Below are positions 12,228-24,976 of a stretch of DNA of 64,000 nucleotides, piece after piece. Position 1 is the first letter of the stretch, and every line of letters starts with the position of its first letter. Source of the DNA: Rhizophagus irregularis. Its lineage: Eukaryota. The position numbers and the translations under genes were made by a program. Where the stretch lies: the NCBI RefSeq assembly GCF_026210795.1, contig NC_089431.1:3782001-3846000 (forward strand), read 5' to 3'. The notes under the pieces were generated by a model, which saw only the letters and a list, made by a program, of their open reading frames with translations, searched no databases and was not told the DNA's origin.

Positions 12228-14375
12228 ATGATGGATGATAATAAATTTTTACCAAAATTATCGCAAAATTTACTCAATATTTTGAACGATGAAGAATATT
12301 ATGATATTACAATCGAAGTTGGCAATGACCCTTACGTAAAAATATTTCGCGCCCATATGGTAATTCTAAATTACCGTTCTACTTATTTACAAAGGATCTT
12401 ATCAACAAATGCAAAGAAAAATAATGAAACTTTGGTACATATTAAATTACCAAATATTTCACCTGAAATTTTTCAAATAATTTTGAGGTAAATAAATAAT
12501 ATAATAAATAAGTTATTATTCTACAAAATATAAACATTTTTAACTTATATAATTGTTATTATTCAGATATATTTATGGAGGAAGACTTTCTTTGAAGGAG
12601 TGCGTCACTTTAGATATTATTAAGGTCTTGATTGCTGCTGGTGAATTGAATCTTCAAGAATTAGTTAATCATTTACAACTTTATATAATTAAGAATCATA
12701 AAAAATGGATTGAACAAAATTTTAATCTCGTATATCAAACAAGTTTTGAAAATGGTTCTTTCTTGGAACTTCAAAAATATTGCACTGACTTAATTTCGAA
12801 AATACCTGATAAGATACTTAAATCAATTAGTTTTTCTTCGATTTCAGAAAAACTTTTAGTTTTAATTATTCAAAATAATAATCTCCAAATGAGCGAAATT
12901 CAAGTTTGGAGATATGTGATTAAATGGGGACTTGCACAGAATCCCGAACTTCCTTCTGATCTTGCAATCTTTTCAAAAGATGATTTTAACGTATTAAAGA
13001 ATACTTTACAACAACTCATTCCTTTTATTAAGTTTAACAATTTAACTTCTAAAGAATTTTCTGATGACGTATTACCTTATAAGAAAGCTTTACCAAAGGA
13101 ATTATATAAGGATTTATTGAAAATTTTCTTAAATTTACATCCTGATAGCAGACCAAATGATAAATCAAAAATCAAAAATAACAATTCAAAAATTATTACA
13201 TTTCAGCATGCTGAATTAATTTCAAAATGGATTGATAAATTAGATATTACAGACAAGTCAACTTCTTCATATGAATTCAAATTAATTCTTCGTGGATCTC
13301 GGGATGGATTTGAATCTGATATATTTCATGAAATTTGTAATAATCGATCTTGCACTGTAACAATCGTGAAAGTAAAGGGTAATAATCAAATTCTTGGAGG
13401 ATATAATCCAATTGAGTGGAAATCTGGTCGTGGTTATAGCGCTACTAAGGATAGTTTTATATTCTCTTTTGAGAATGGTGATGATATTAATAAACATATT
13501 TTAAGTCGTGTTATAAATGATAATTATGCTATTTTTAACGACCATACTTATGGACCATCATTTGGTGGCGCTGATCTTGTTTTACGGGGGAATAGGGGAC
13601 ATTGTATAAAAGATGGTTATGAAAAACAAATCAGAGGTGCTTCCTCAGGTATAATTAATTCATTATCTTTAATGTATAAATTACCAAAATATTTTTTTTA
13701 TACAATCTCTTTATAATTCTTGTAGAATCTATCTTGCACTATGGTGTAAGGTGTGACTGCTGTAACTATACAATCCGTGGAATGAGATGGAAGTGTACAT
13801 CATGTAAAGACTATGATTTATGTCAAATTTGTAAAAACAAATCACATATTCATCATCATCCAGATGACCATGTATTCAAACTTATGCCACATTCAGATAC
13901 TTCTAACCGTGCTCCTCGTATGTACTATCATAATTTTTGAATATAGCAACATTCTATACTAATCTTTACATTACATCATAGAATCTGCTTTACATCTTGG
14001 TATAGTGTGCAATTGCTGCAACAAGACAATTCATGGAATGAGATGGAAGTGTGCATTTTGTGAGGATTATAATTTATGCCAAAATTGTAAATCTAAATCA
14101 CAAAGTATTCATAATCATCCAAATAATCATGTGTTTCAACCTATTGCATATTCTTCTTGTATGTGACTGTCAAATTTTTTAATTGCGGCACAATTACTAA
14201 ATTAATAGTTTACTAACCATCATCATTATAATATGAATTAGGGTTATTGTCGAAAAGAACTTCTACAATTTGTGACTATTGCGAATTAGCCTGTATCGGT
14301 AACAGATGTTATAAGTGTGCCAGTGGTGAATTTTCTGTAGAAGAATATGAATTATTTCAAATAATAAAAAATTAG
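12228..14375 (+). CDS. BTB/POZ-BACK-TLDc protein with inserted tandem ZZ zinc fingers (copy 1, intact)
   Basis: Exons 12228-12487, 12567-13648, 13726-13917, 13982-14158, 14242-14375, all GT-AG and in frame. BTB (YDITIEVG..FRAHMVILNYRS), BACK (SEIQVW..VIKWG), TLDc (FKLILRGSRDGF, ILGGYNP, YGPSFG), two ZZ fingers, ends GEFSVEEYELFQIIKN*. Confidence 0.9.
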
Positions 14376-15484
14376 TGGACTTGCTATGTATGAGTTTAGA
14401 AAATTACAAAAAGCAAAGAAAAATAAACGAAGCATTTATTTTATTATTTATTGATTCAATAAATTTCAATTTCCTTAATAATTTGCCAAACAAATATTAG
14501 TAATTAAAGAAAGCCGACAGTAAATGTTATAAACATGTATGAAAAATATGGTGCAGAAATGTAAGAAGTTAATTTATCGGTTTTTTATTAAAATTTCAAA
14601 TATCCAAAACAATAAAAATTATTGTCCGAAGAGGGACTTTTATGTTCAACACACAGCTATGCGACGTCTGTTAGTGACACTAATATAACTCAAAACTGTC
14701 AAAGACTCATAAGGTAATAGTTTCTTTGAATTTAAATAATTATTCTTTTAATTTTACATGCGACCCGATTGGATGATCCTATCGAAAATGAGACCGGAAT
14801 ATCGAAGTTTCTTCAAAATTGGGAGTACACATTAATTATCGCAGTTTTCAGGAATTCTGTGTACGTTGTGATTACTGAGTGATTATGATTACATTTTCCG
14901 ATTTTTGTCCAGTAATCGTCCTGTAATCTAATCATTTCTATCAGTTGATCTATAGTGTGTAGCACAATTTTGAAAAGCGCAAATAAATACATCAAGCTCG
15001 TGAGAGTTAATATAATTTATTCATGCGAAAACAACGAGAAAAATAAACTACTTATAAAATAAAAACGCGAAAAATGGGTATGCCTAATTATTCATACGAA
15101 CAAAAATACTCCTTTAAGTAAACGAGTAGCAACAAAAGTATATTCCCTTTTCTTCATGGATACATCTTTAATCCATGCGATATATTGAAGAAGAATGTTT
15201 ACCAACTTCATTGCCATTGTAGTAAGTTGTAATTGAGCAACTTACACAAATTCGGGATAATTATCTGCCTTATGGGAGTGTTGCAGAACATCATTTTTTT
15301 TAAAAAATTTATTTCTAATTAGGTTTTTTTACCTAGTTTTTTTACTTCTAAATTTTAATTTTATATTTTGTTTCCTCAATCAATTATTCAATCGTGATTG
15401 ACAACTTATTTACTAGTAGAAACCCAGTAATGAAAGAACTAGAGGAAAAGCATTAAGGATAACTGACTTTTCTGGAGGAGGATT

Positions 15485-16017
15485 GGTAACGGTACATTTC
15501 GCCGAAACCCATCTCGCCGAAGCCATTTCGCCGAAAATGATAGAAATGATAGCGATTATCACTTTTATAAAAATATTAATCGCGCAATGAAAATAAAAAA
15601 TTTTTTTTTATTTATTTATTAAATTACATCAGGAACCTTAATAGATATTCTGATTTACACTCGAATATACAAATGACAAATGTATAAAATAAAACTTAGA
15701 CATTGAATAATATCTTCGATTCTTGATTGAGTACTTTAATATTTTTATTTTTAGTTTCTATTTTTACATTCTTTTGCCACGTCACCTATTTTTGCAATAA
15801 AAATAAAAATTAAATAAACGTTTAAACAAAAAATCCTTTTTATTTTTAAGTGTCTTTTCTTCTAAGATAATATTAACATATTAATTATTACGCAATAAAT
15901 AAATAACTTTATTTTCCTGAAAACGTTTAAATATTCACGAAAAAGTAATTATATTTTACGTGTCATAGTCTTCTAATAACATATAATGCTTGTATGCACA
16001 AAATATTTGTTTAACGT

Positions 16018-16054
<37 letters not shown>

Positions 16055-16248
16055 TAAAAAAAAACTGATGATCGATTAACAGAAAATCAAAACTTCAAAA
16101 TCATAAATGATAATTATAGGCTAATGTTCAAATCTATTTCGGTGAAATGGAATTCGGTGAAATGGGTTTCGACGAAACATCCCTTCGGCGAAATGACTTC
16201 AGCGAAATGGCTTCGGCGAAACGGCTTTTGGCGAAAATGTCCTGAACC
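15485..16248. mobile_element. Non-autonomous Mutator (MULE)-like element
   Basis: 9-bp TSD aggaggatt at 15476-15484 and 16249-16257; imperfect TIRs ggtaacggtacatttcgccgaa / ggcgaaaatgtcctgaacc; subterminal ttcgccgaa repeats; internal (TA)n at about 16021-16050. Confidence 0.85.
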
Positions 16249-17719
16249 AGGAGGATTAGCCGATGTACCTTGCTTTTATCATAGAAATAATTGATTAGTA
16301 ATTTTTTTTAAAACAATACTAAAACTTCTTTTTTTATAGTTTTTTTAAATAGATTATTTCATAACTCCATAACGGTTTAATATAATCTACACTGAAGCAT
16401 AGTTTGAACAAAAAAAGGCGGCGAGAAGATTAGGCCTTTTACCAAATGTTAGTGTTATAATCTAGCACCAAATCTGAACTGACCTCCCCTACAAAAAAGG
16501 AAAAATAAATTGTGTATGTAGTATGTAACTATTAATTATTAGACTAATAAGGATATTTATTAAAAATAACCCAACCCGGCTTTTAATTTTTTTTTTTCAA
16601 AAAATTTTATATGTAAAATTCATATGAAATTTTTTTTTTAACTTTTAAAAAATCTTACCCGGTATAATGATAAATAATGTAAAAATTTACAAAAACTGAC
16701 CCGGCCGGGATATGAGAACCGAAAAATTAAGTTTGTATGACCTTAATAATAATTTATTTAATTTCTAGGTTTATTTTGAACGGGTTAATCAGTTCATAAT
16801 ATGTTTTCTCAAATAGAGGCTTGCAAGTTGTAACGAAGGTTTTCAAAAATAATTGGTTAAATTATTGTTTTACTAGTTTAAATTCGGCTGAAATTTTGAT
16901 CTTGATAAGTGCGATGTAATTTTTCTCAGTAGCGCAAATGTTATACGATCACGTGCTATTTCTTATTATGCAACTCCGCTATTTTCTTATACGATCAGAT
17001 ATGAAAAATTACCTTCTTGTTCCGGTGATAATTGATAATGTGATAAACAAAAAAAGAATATTTTTTGAATATTTAATAAAAACAACTTGTTAAAATCAGT
17101 GTTAAAATCAAATTTTGTTCTCTTATCTGTTAATATTTATTTATTTTTTACAATATTTTATCAAGTTTTACAATATATAATAATGTTTTGATATTAAATA
17201 TTAAAATAAAAAAATAAGTGCTGTTACTACTGTATTATTTTTTCATTTTAAAAGTATTATAATTCTATTTATTAATAATGTCTTGCAAAAAAATTCTTTT
17301 TGTATCTATACTTTGTACTCTTGTAAAAGAAAAAGAATAATGAAATAAGAGTATAACAACGTGTTAATGCTTTTAATTTTCAGGTCAAGAAAAGAATATG
17401 TTTGTCATACATAATCATTTGAATTATCTGATCGTACAAGAATTCCGCACACACTATCCTTTTAAAGTGTGCAAATCCGCACAGTACATAGTTGTTAAAA
17501 ATATTTTTTATATATATAAATGCAAAATCCGCACTAAAAAATTTTTTAGCGCACTATATATTTAATATTTGAATATAACCCATAATCATTCCCGCACATG
17601 ATCCTATCTTATAGTATATTTCTTCCGCACATATGTTTAGATTTGAAAATCATACCATGCTCCAAGAAAGATACATAAAAAGGAGTGCATATTGTTGCAT
17701 AATTTGATCGTAAGAAAAT

Positions 17720-18071
17720 GCAAAAATATCGGACTTGACCCTTCTGGGTAGGGTGTCCAGGATTTCATGGTGTGATGGCCCGAAAAGTGTGGTGTGATTT
17801 AAACAAAAAGTGTGGTTTGGTGCGATTTTTAATTCCGGCCAGATTTAACGTAATTTCGGCTGGAATTAACATAATAATTTTAACTTCGAGCCAAAATTTG
17901 ATAATCGAAAACCAATCATGCGATAATCAATCGACCAATAAAACTCAATTTACTGCGGATAGTGTGAAAAATGTGAAACTTTGCCAAAAAATGCGGCCAC
18001 ACCAAAAGTGAAAAAATAGTGAAAAAGGTGTGACCGTTCTATCCTGGGCGGGTCAAGTCCGATACTTTTGC
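17720..18071. mobile_element. MITE just upstream of copy 2
   Basis: Inverted ends gcaaaaatatcggacttgaccc / gggtcaagtccgatacttttgc; a TA-flanked core 17729-18062 is possible. Confidence 0.75.
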
Positions 18072-18299
18072 GAATGATACATTTGCAGCAGTAGCACAAT
18101 AAACAACGCGAACAACGATTTGTACCGTGACTTAGTTCACGTTCACGTGAAATATAAAAATAAAAATAAAAATAAAACAACGCGAACAACGCGATGAACG
18201 TTAAAGTTTACTGCGCCATTGCAAATTTGTGAAACCACGATCCTGTATTTAAGGAATCATTTTTTTTTATCCTTTTTTTTTGAAAAAAAAAAAATTATA

Positions 18300-20511
18300 A
18301 TGGATGATAATATATTTTTACCCAAATTATCACAAAATTTACTCAAAATTTTGGACGATGATGAGTATTATGATATTACTATCGAAGTTGGTGATGACCC
18401 TCACATAAAAATATTCCGCGCTCATATGGTAATTCTAAACTACCGTTCTACTCATTTACGAAGAATTTTATCAACAAATAAAAAGAAAAATGATGGAACT
18501 TTGGTGCAAATTAAATTGCCAAATATTTTACCGGAAATTTTTCAAATAATTTTAAGGTAGTAATTAATACAATAAACAAGTTATTATTTTACAAAAATAT
18601 GTAAATAATTTTTAATTTATATTGTTTTTGTTTCAGATATATTTACGGAGGAAGACTTTCTTTGGATAGATATGACATTTTGGATATAATTAAGATTTTG
18701 ATTGCTGCTAATGAACTTAATCTTCAAGAATTAGTTAATCATTTACAACTTTATATAATTGAGAATCATCAAAAATGGATGGAACAAAGTTTTAATCTCG
18801 TATATCAAACAAGTTTAGAAAATGATTCTTTCTTTGAACTTCAAAAACATTGCACCGACTTAATTTCAAGAAGGCCTTATAAGATACTTAAATCAATTAG
18901 TTTCTCTTCAATTTCGGAAAAATTTTTAGTCTCAATCATTCAAGGCAATAATCTTCATATGAGCGAAATTCAAGTTTGGAAATATGTGATTAAATGGGGG
19001 CTTGCTCAGAATCCTGAACTTTCTTCTGATCCTGGAACCTTTTCAAAAGAAGATTTCAATGTATTAAAAAATACATTACAACATCTCATTCCTTTTATTA
19101 AGTTTAATGATTTAACTTCTAAAGAATTTTCTGAAGAAGTATTACCTTATAAGAAAATTTTACCAAAGGAATTATACAAGGATTTATTGAAAAAATTTTT
19201 AAATTTAAATCCTGATGGCAGACCAAATGATAAATTAAAAATTCAAAATATTGATTCAAAAATTATTACGTTCCAACATACTGAATTAATTTCAAAATGG
19301 ATTGATAAATTAGATATTGCAGACAAGTCAACATCTTCATATGAATTCAAATTAATTCTTCGTGGATCTCGTGATGGATTTGAATCTGATATATTTCATG
19401 AGATATGTGATAATCGATCTTGCACTATAACAATTATTAAAGTAGAGGGTAATAATCAAATTCTTGGAGGATATAGTCCAATTAAATGGAAATCTGGTCG
19501 TGGTTATGGTGCTACTAAGGATAGCTTTATATTCTCCTTTGAGGATGGAGATGATATTAATGTTCATATTTTAAGTCGTGTCATGAATGAAAATTGTGCT
19601 ATATTTAACGACCATACTTATGGACCATCATTTGGTGGCGCTGATCTTGTTTTACGGGGTAACAGTGGACATTGTATAAAAGATAGTTATGAAAAACAAA
19701 TCATATGTCCTTCTTCAGGTATGATTAGATTTTAATTACTTTTTATATGTAAATAACTAAAAAAATTTTTTTTCATTTTAATCTCTTTATAATTTTTGTA
19801 GAATCTGTTTTACATTATGGCGCAACGTGTGATTGCTGTAACTATACTATCCGTGGAATGGGATGGGAGTGTACAAACTGTGAAGATTATGTTTTATGTC
19901 AAGTTTGTAAACCTCAATCATATATTCATCATCATCCGAATGATCATGTGTTCGAACTTATGCAACATTCAGAATCTGCTCCTCGTATGTATTATCATAT
20001 TTTTTTTTTTTTTAATATAGCATTTTATAATACAAAAATTTTTCCAAAAATTAATTATTATCTTTTACAATACATCAATACACCGTAGAATTTGCTTTAC
20101 ATGACGGTATAGTGTGTAAGTGCTGCAACAAAACAATTTATGGGATGAGATGGAAGTGTACATTTTGTTATAATTATGATTTATGTCAAGATTGTAAATC
20201 CAAATCGTCAAATATTCATGATCATCCAAATAATCATGCTTTTCAACCTATCGGATATCCAGAATTTAAATTTGATATTGAAGGTATGTTATAATCTTTT
20301 TGAATTATTATAACATTCGATATTTCGATTATACAAGATAATGTTTTATTAATTCCATATTTCATTATCATTGCATTATGAAATTTTAGAGCCAAATCCT
20401 GCTATTTGTGACTATTGTGAATCAAGCTGCGTCCTTGCAGTATGTCGAAAATGTGCCAACGGTGAATTTTGTGTAGAAGAATACGAAATATTTCAAGTTA
20501 TAAAAAGATAA
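18300..20511 (+). CDS. BTB-BACK-TLDc/ZZ protein (copy 2, intact)
   Basis: Exons 18300-18556, 18637-19718, 19802-19984, 20089-20283, 20390-20511; ends GEFCVEEYEIFQVIKR*. Confidence 0.9.
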
Positions 20512-23036
20512 ATTATAATTAGAACTTGCTGTGTGAGCAAATATTGAACCTCTGCAATTTGGATTAATAAATAATAAAATGTACTGAAGAAATATAACGA
20601 ACATTTTTCCTAATAATGTCAATGTTACGACTTAAAATATAAATTAAAAGAAAAGAAAAGAAAGTTTATTTATATTATTTATTTTATGGGGAGTTGAAAG
20701 TAACGGGATTTTTTAAAAAAATCATGATGTTCCCCTACCCATGAAATAAAATGAGTAATCCCTGTCGCTAATTACGCTCATTATGTGATTAACTATTTTA
20801 AACTAAAATTAGAGAAATCTATACCGGTGAAGATCTCCAGTCATTTATAAACTCGGCCAATCACCTGCAATTTTCATAAATTAGTCTAATTAATAGTGTA
20901 CCGTATTTATGTATTTGCTTTACCATATTTACATAATTAATATTTCTCTCATTCATTTTTAAATTCAAATTTTTATGTTACTTTAATAGAAAAAAAATTT
21001 TTTTTTTTGTATACGATACATTAATGCAAACAATATAAAAAAAATGTTTTTTAAAAAAAACAAAATTAAAGAATTTTTTTTAAAAACCTATGATTTGATT
21101 TGGATAATTTTATTAGAAAAACTTAATATATACATATTAAATAGTTGAGTAATTCTAGCCAAATATTTGCAGGAGCTCGCCGTTTAAATGATTAATCGAA
21201 ACTACGTATTACAGTATTATATAAAAATTTACCATTGATCATTTTGTTCTATATAAATTGTCTATATAATAAATTTTGTTTGTTAAAATTGTTATATAGT
21301 ATTTTTTTTACTTTTCGACAATTCTGAATTTATTTCAAACTTGGTGAAAATATTCTAATAAATAAATTTCGCTTTCATAAAATAGTTTTCTTTTTAAAAA
21401 GATTTCACTTTAATGAATAAATGATGGCTGTATGAAATATCAAATATCTTTTTTTTAAAAAAAAATTAAAAACCAAAAGAAATTATTTTTTTTTTCCTAT
21501 TTGAAAGATTATTTTAAAGTTTAGACGTTATTAATGCACAAGTTATTAAAATTTAAAGATTTCAATATTTAGTTGAAAATGCTTCATTTTAATAATTTTA
21601 AAACATCGTAACTTAAAAGATATTCAGCGTCACAATTTGGAACAGAGTTTGCATATAAAATAAATAATATAATATAAGTAAAAGCTATATTCTTTTTTTG
21701 TTTTACTAAAAATTCATTTTATTTAAATTTTAAATTTATATTCTCTTATTTTCATATAATTGTTTCATTAATTTAATAGTAAATTTTACCTTTTAGATCA
21801 CGTTACTTCTGATCACGGCGCTCTGCGATCCATAAAATCAATATTTTGTTAAAAAATCAAAAATCTTAAACCAAAAATGACTTTACAGTTTGACATAATC
21901 CTAAATCACTAATGTAAATATTATCTACTACATCTTTATCCTCATGATTTAAAATATTGCCATCATAAAAATCACAATGAATAAGATTTAATCCATATCA
22001 CATCACTAAGCCCAGAAATAATTTTGTATAACATATAAAATTTTTGTTTCTAAATATTTTTGTTAAATTTTCTCTTAAATTACCTTTGTTTGAATTATAT
22101 GTTGTTAATGGATAATGCAAAGTGTCTGATTTTTTGTGAATCCATAAAGATGAAAATATTACAGTATCTCAATCGAAAATTCATTTAAATTTTCATTTAA
22201 ATTATCGTAACATTTATTATTATAAAGAATCCATTTTAATTGTAATACAGAAATAAATTTATCCATAATTGCATTTCCACTTTTCCAAATCTAAAAGTTT
22301 AATTAATTAAGATTACTATATTAAAGATACATATTAATTAAAATTTTCATTTACTCTAAAATTTAAATATGTATTTAATATAATGTAAACTTTAGTTTTA
22401 ATATATAATAATAGAATTAAATAAATAACTTACTTCCTATAATTATAATAATATATAATAAAATTTATTACAGTTTTTGAATTAGGGTAATAACAGTTGC
22501 GGAATTAATATGAAAAGTGATCATGTGGACATATAAACTATAAATGTTATTTGACCTTCACTGTATCACGCTCAAATATTTTTTTGCCATTTGTTTTATA
22601 TTTTCGCTAGCAGTATATATCATTTACATGGCGTGACAGACAAACCTTGCATTGATATGGAGTATACTGTAGGGTCCTTTGCTACACTTCGGACAATAAC
22701 AAGTGCGCAACTATTTAAAGATTATAAATTAAATACTACGCGAAAACATCAAGAATTATAGAACAAGAAAATATTGGTAATAAATGATGGGCATAAACAA
22801 GTTTCAAGAGTATTAAAAATTTAGTAATTGATATTAATAAGCATAAATGACAAATTACAAATGATGCTTTCAGAAAGTGACTTACTTTATTGATCTTTCC
22901 GGCTATATTGTCAAAATCAAAATACCTTTCAGCATATCAAACCAATTTATTATTTACGTACCATTTTATTATTATAAAATAAATAATCATGTGATATGTA
23001 ATATATAATGATCATGTGACCATATGCACTTCTCTA

Positions 23037-23172
23037 CCTGCGTGACCTAAAAATATTCATCACCGGAATCACACCCAACTCGTTTTCACTGTTTATATTT
23101 ATCTGAGGGTCAATTTTTTTGCCACCCAAAATATTTTTTTCCTATAGTCACCGGTCAGTCCGGTCACGCAGG
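23037..23172. mobile_element. Small TA-flanked MITE about 175 bp upstream of the F-box ATG
   Basis: ta|cctgcgtgacc ... ggtcacgcagg|ta. Confidence 0.8.
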
Positions 23173-23347
23173 TAGAATTTTAATTATAAAATTTGTTTGG
23201 TGTTACAACGGTAAAACAAATATATGTAAGTTTTAATTTGTGCGACATACAAACGGAATTGCCGCTCCGAAATTCATATATAATAAATTTGATGTAACTT
23301 TTAGTAATTTCGGCAACCCTTTTCTTTCTTCCCTCTTTTCATTTAAC

Positions 23348-24976
23348 ATGGCATGTTCAAAATTTTTTTCAGGAAATTTGCCTGAATTATTAGACGAAGT
23401 CATACAATTTTTTCATTATGACTATAGAACATTACATTCATGCATATTAGTTAATAGATTATGGTGTCGTTTAGCAATTCCATTATTATGGGAAGATCCA
23501 TTTTCAATTAAATTCCCTAAAAATTATCGTTTTATTGAAATTTATTTACATAATTTAAGTGATGATGATAAAACAAGATTAAATGAATATATATTCAATA
23601 ATGGTTTATTTCCTTCAAATACTTTATTTAATTATCCTAAATTTATTCAACGTTTAGATACACGTAATGTTTATAATTCTATTGAAAGTTGGGCAATTAC
23701 AATTGAAGAGAAACATCCCAGCTATTCACCTCCACAAATATCAAAGTTTACAAAACTTATTTTTAGGTCATTATTTCTAATATTCATTGATAATGAAGTA
23801 AATTTGCATAGTTTTAAAGTTATAGTTAACTATGAAGAATTTGAATGTTTTGATGCGGCTTTTGAATTAATTTTACAAAATCCGAATTTCGTTCATAATA
23901 TTAAAGATTTAACACTTGATTTTGATGAAATAACTGATAATGTAAGAAAATTTATAGGATTTCTCAGCTCAAATTGCAATTTGATTTCATCATTTTATTT
24001 TCTATTTTCATTTACATGTCGTGATTATCCAATAATTGAAGAAAATTTATCACAAATGATTAAGTTTCAAGAAAACCTTAAAAAGATTTCATTTTGTTAT
24101 AATATTCCCCCTTTATATCCACTATTATCATTAAAAAATCCTAATTGTTCAAGCACATTAAATACAATTATATTTTATTATACTAGCTTTGAAAATATAG
24201 ATGTTTTAAGTGAAGTATTTAATCAATTGGATGTTTTAGAATCAATTCATATTGTTTATTGTTATTTTCTAGATTCTAAATTTATTCGACAAATTAATAA
24301 TATTACCAAACCATTTAAATTAAAATCTTTATTTTTGAAACAAATGGATGAATTATTATTAGAACCGTTAATACAAAGATCTGGCAATTATTTAGAAAAT
24401 TTTGGAATTATCAACTGTGAATTTCAACAATTAATACAATCACTTAAATTATATTGTAATAATATTAAATTGTTGTATTTATCCATTGGGAAAAATAATC
24501 AGAATATTAATTTAGTATTCGAGTTAGTTAAAAATATGAGACAAAATCTTAATTATCTTATGATTGATTGCTCTTGTTATTTTAATAGTATGATTGAAAT
24601 TAGTTCAATTATATTACAAAATTTAGGACAAATTCTTCCTTTTAAATTAGAATATTTGAATTTAGGTCTTGCGGCTAATGGAAGTGATTTAGAAGTTTTC
24701 TTAAAAAATTCCCAAGATACTTATATCAAAAAATTGTTAATTAGAAATAAAGTGAAGAGTGCAAATAATGATGATATTTTACCCTATATAAAAGAATATA
24801 TAATGAAAAAGAAAAAAGTTAAATATTTAGCTATTTTAGAATTATTTCATAGAAAAAGTGAAGATTTGTATTCTTTGAAAGATAGAGTAAAGGAATTTCA
24901 ATTACATGATATTCAAGTTCTATATTATTATGACTTGGTTATTGATATTTATGATTTTATAAAAGAAACTTATTAG
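23348..24976 (+). CDS. Intronless F-box domain / RNI-like LRR protein
   Basis: Start at ATG 23348 (MACSKFFSGNLPELLDEVIQFF..TLHSCILVNRLWCRLAIPLLWEDPF), followed by LFNYPKF and LRR-like repeats (SSIILQNLGQILPFKLEYLNL). Confidence 0.9.
   Translation: MACSKFFSGNLPELLDEVIQFFHYDYRTLHSCILVNRLWCRLAIPLLWEDPFSIKFPKNYRFIEIYLHNLSDDDKTRLNEYIFNNGLFPSNTLFNYPKFIQRLDTRNVYNSIESWAITIEEKHPSYSPPQISKFTKLIFRSLFLIFIDNEVNLHSFKVIVNYEEFECFDAAFELILQNPNFVHNIKDLTLDFDEITDNVRKFIGFLSSNCNLISSFYFLFSFTCRDYPIIEENLSQMIKFQENLKKISFCYNIPPLYPLLSLKNPNCSSTLNTIIFYYTSFENIDVLSEVFNQLDVLESIHIVYCYFLDSKFIRQINNITKPFKLKSLFLKQMDELLLEPLIQRSGNYLENFGIINCEFQQLIQSLKLYCNNIKLLYLSIGKNNQNINLVFELVKNMRQNLNYLMIDCSCYFNSMIEISSIILQNLGQILPFKLEYLNLGLAANGSDLEVFLKNSQDTYIKKLLIRNKVKSANNDDILPYIKEYIMKKKKVKYLAILELFHRKSEDLYSLKDRVKEFQLHDIQVLYYYDLVIDIYDFIKETY

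Noticed and set aside
13282..13497. Recurrent 71-aa antisense ORF in all six paralogs (also 19352, 27550, 44386, 50253, 55864)
   Set aside because: Lies opposite the most conserved TLDc codons, so recurrence is explained by paralogy; no independent coding evidence
13734..13940. Small standalone Cys/His-rich ORFs (also 20112, 44876, 45109, 49795, 55155, 55410)
   Set aside because: They are ZZ exons of the BTB-TLDc genes, not separate metallothionein-like genes
23240..23347. N-terminal extension of the 578-aa F-box ORF
   Set aside because: Non-ATG start; the family-typical start is ATG 23348 (MACSK)
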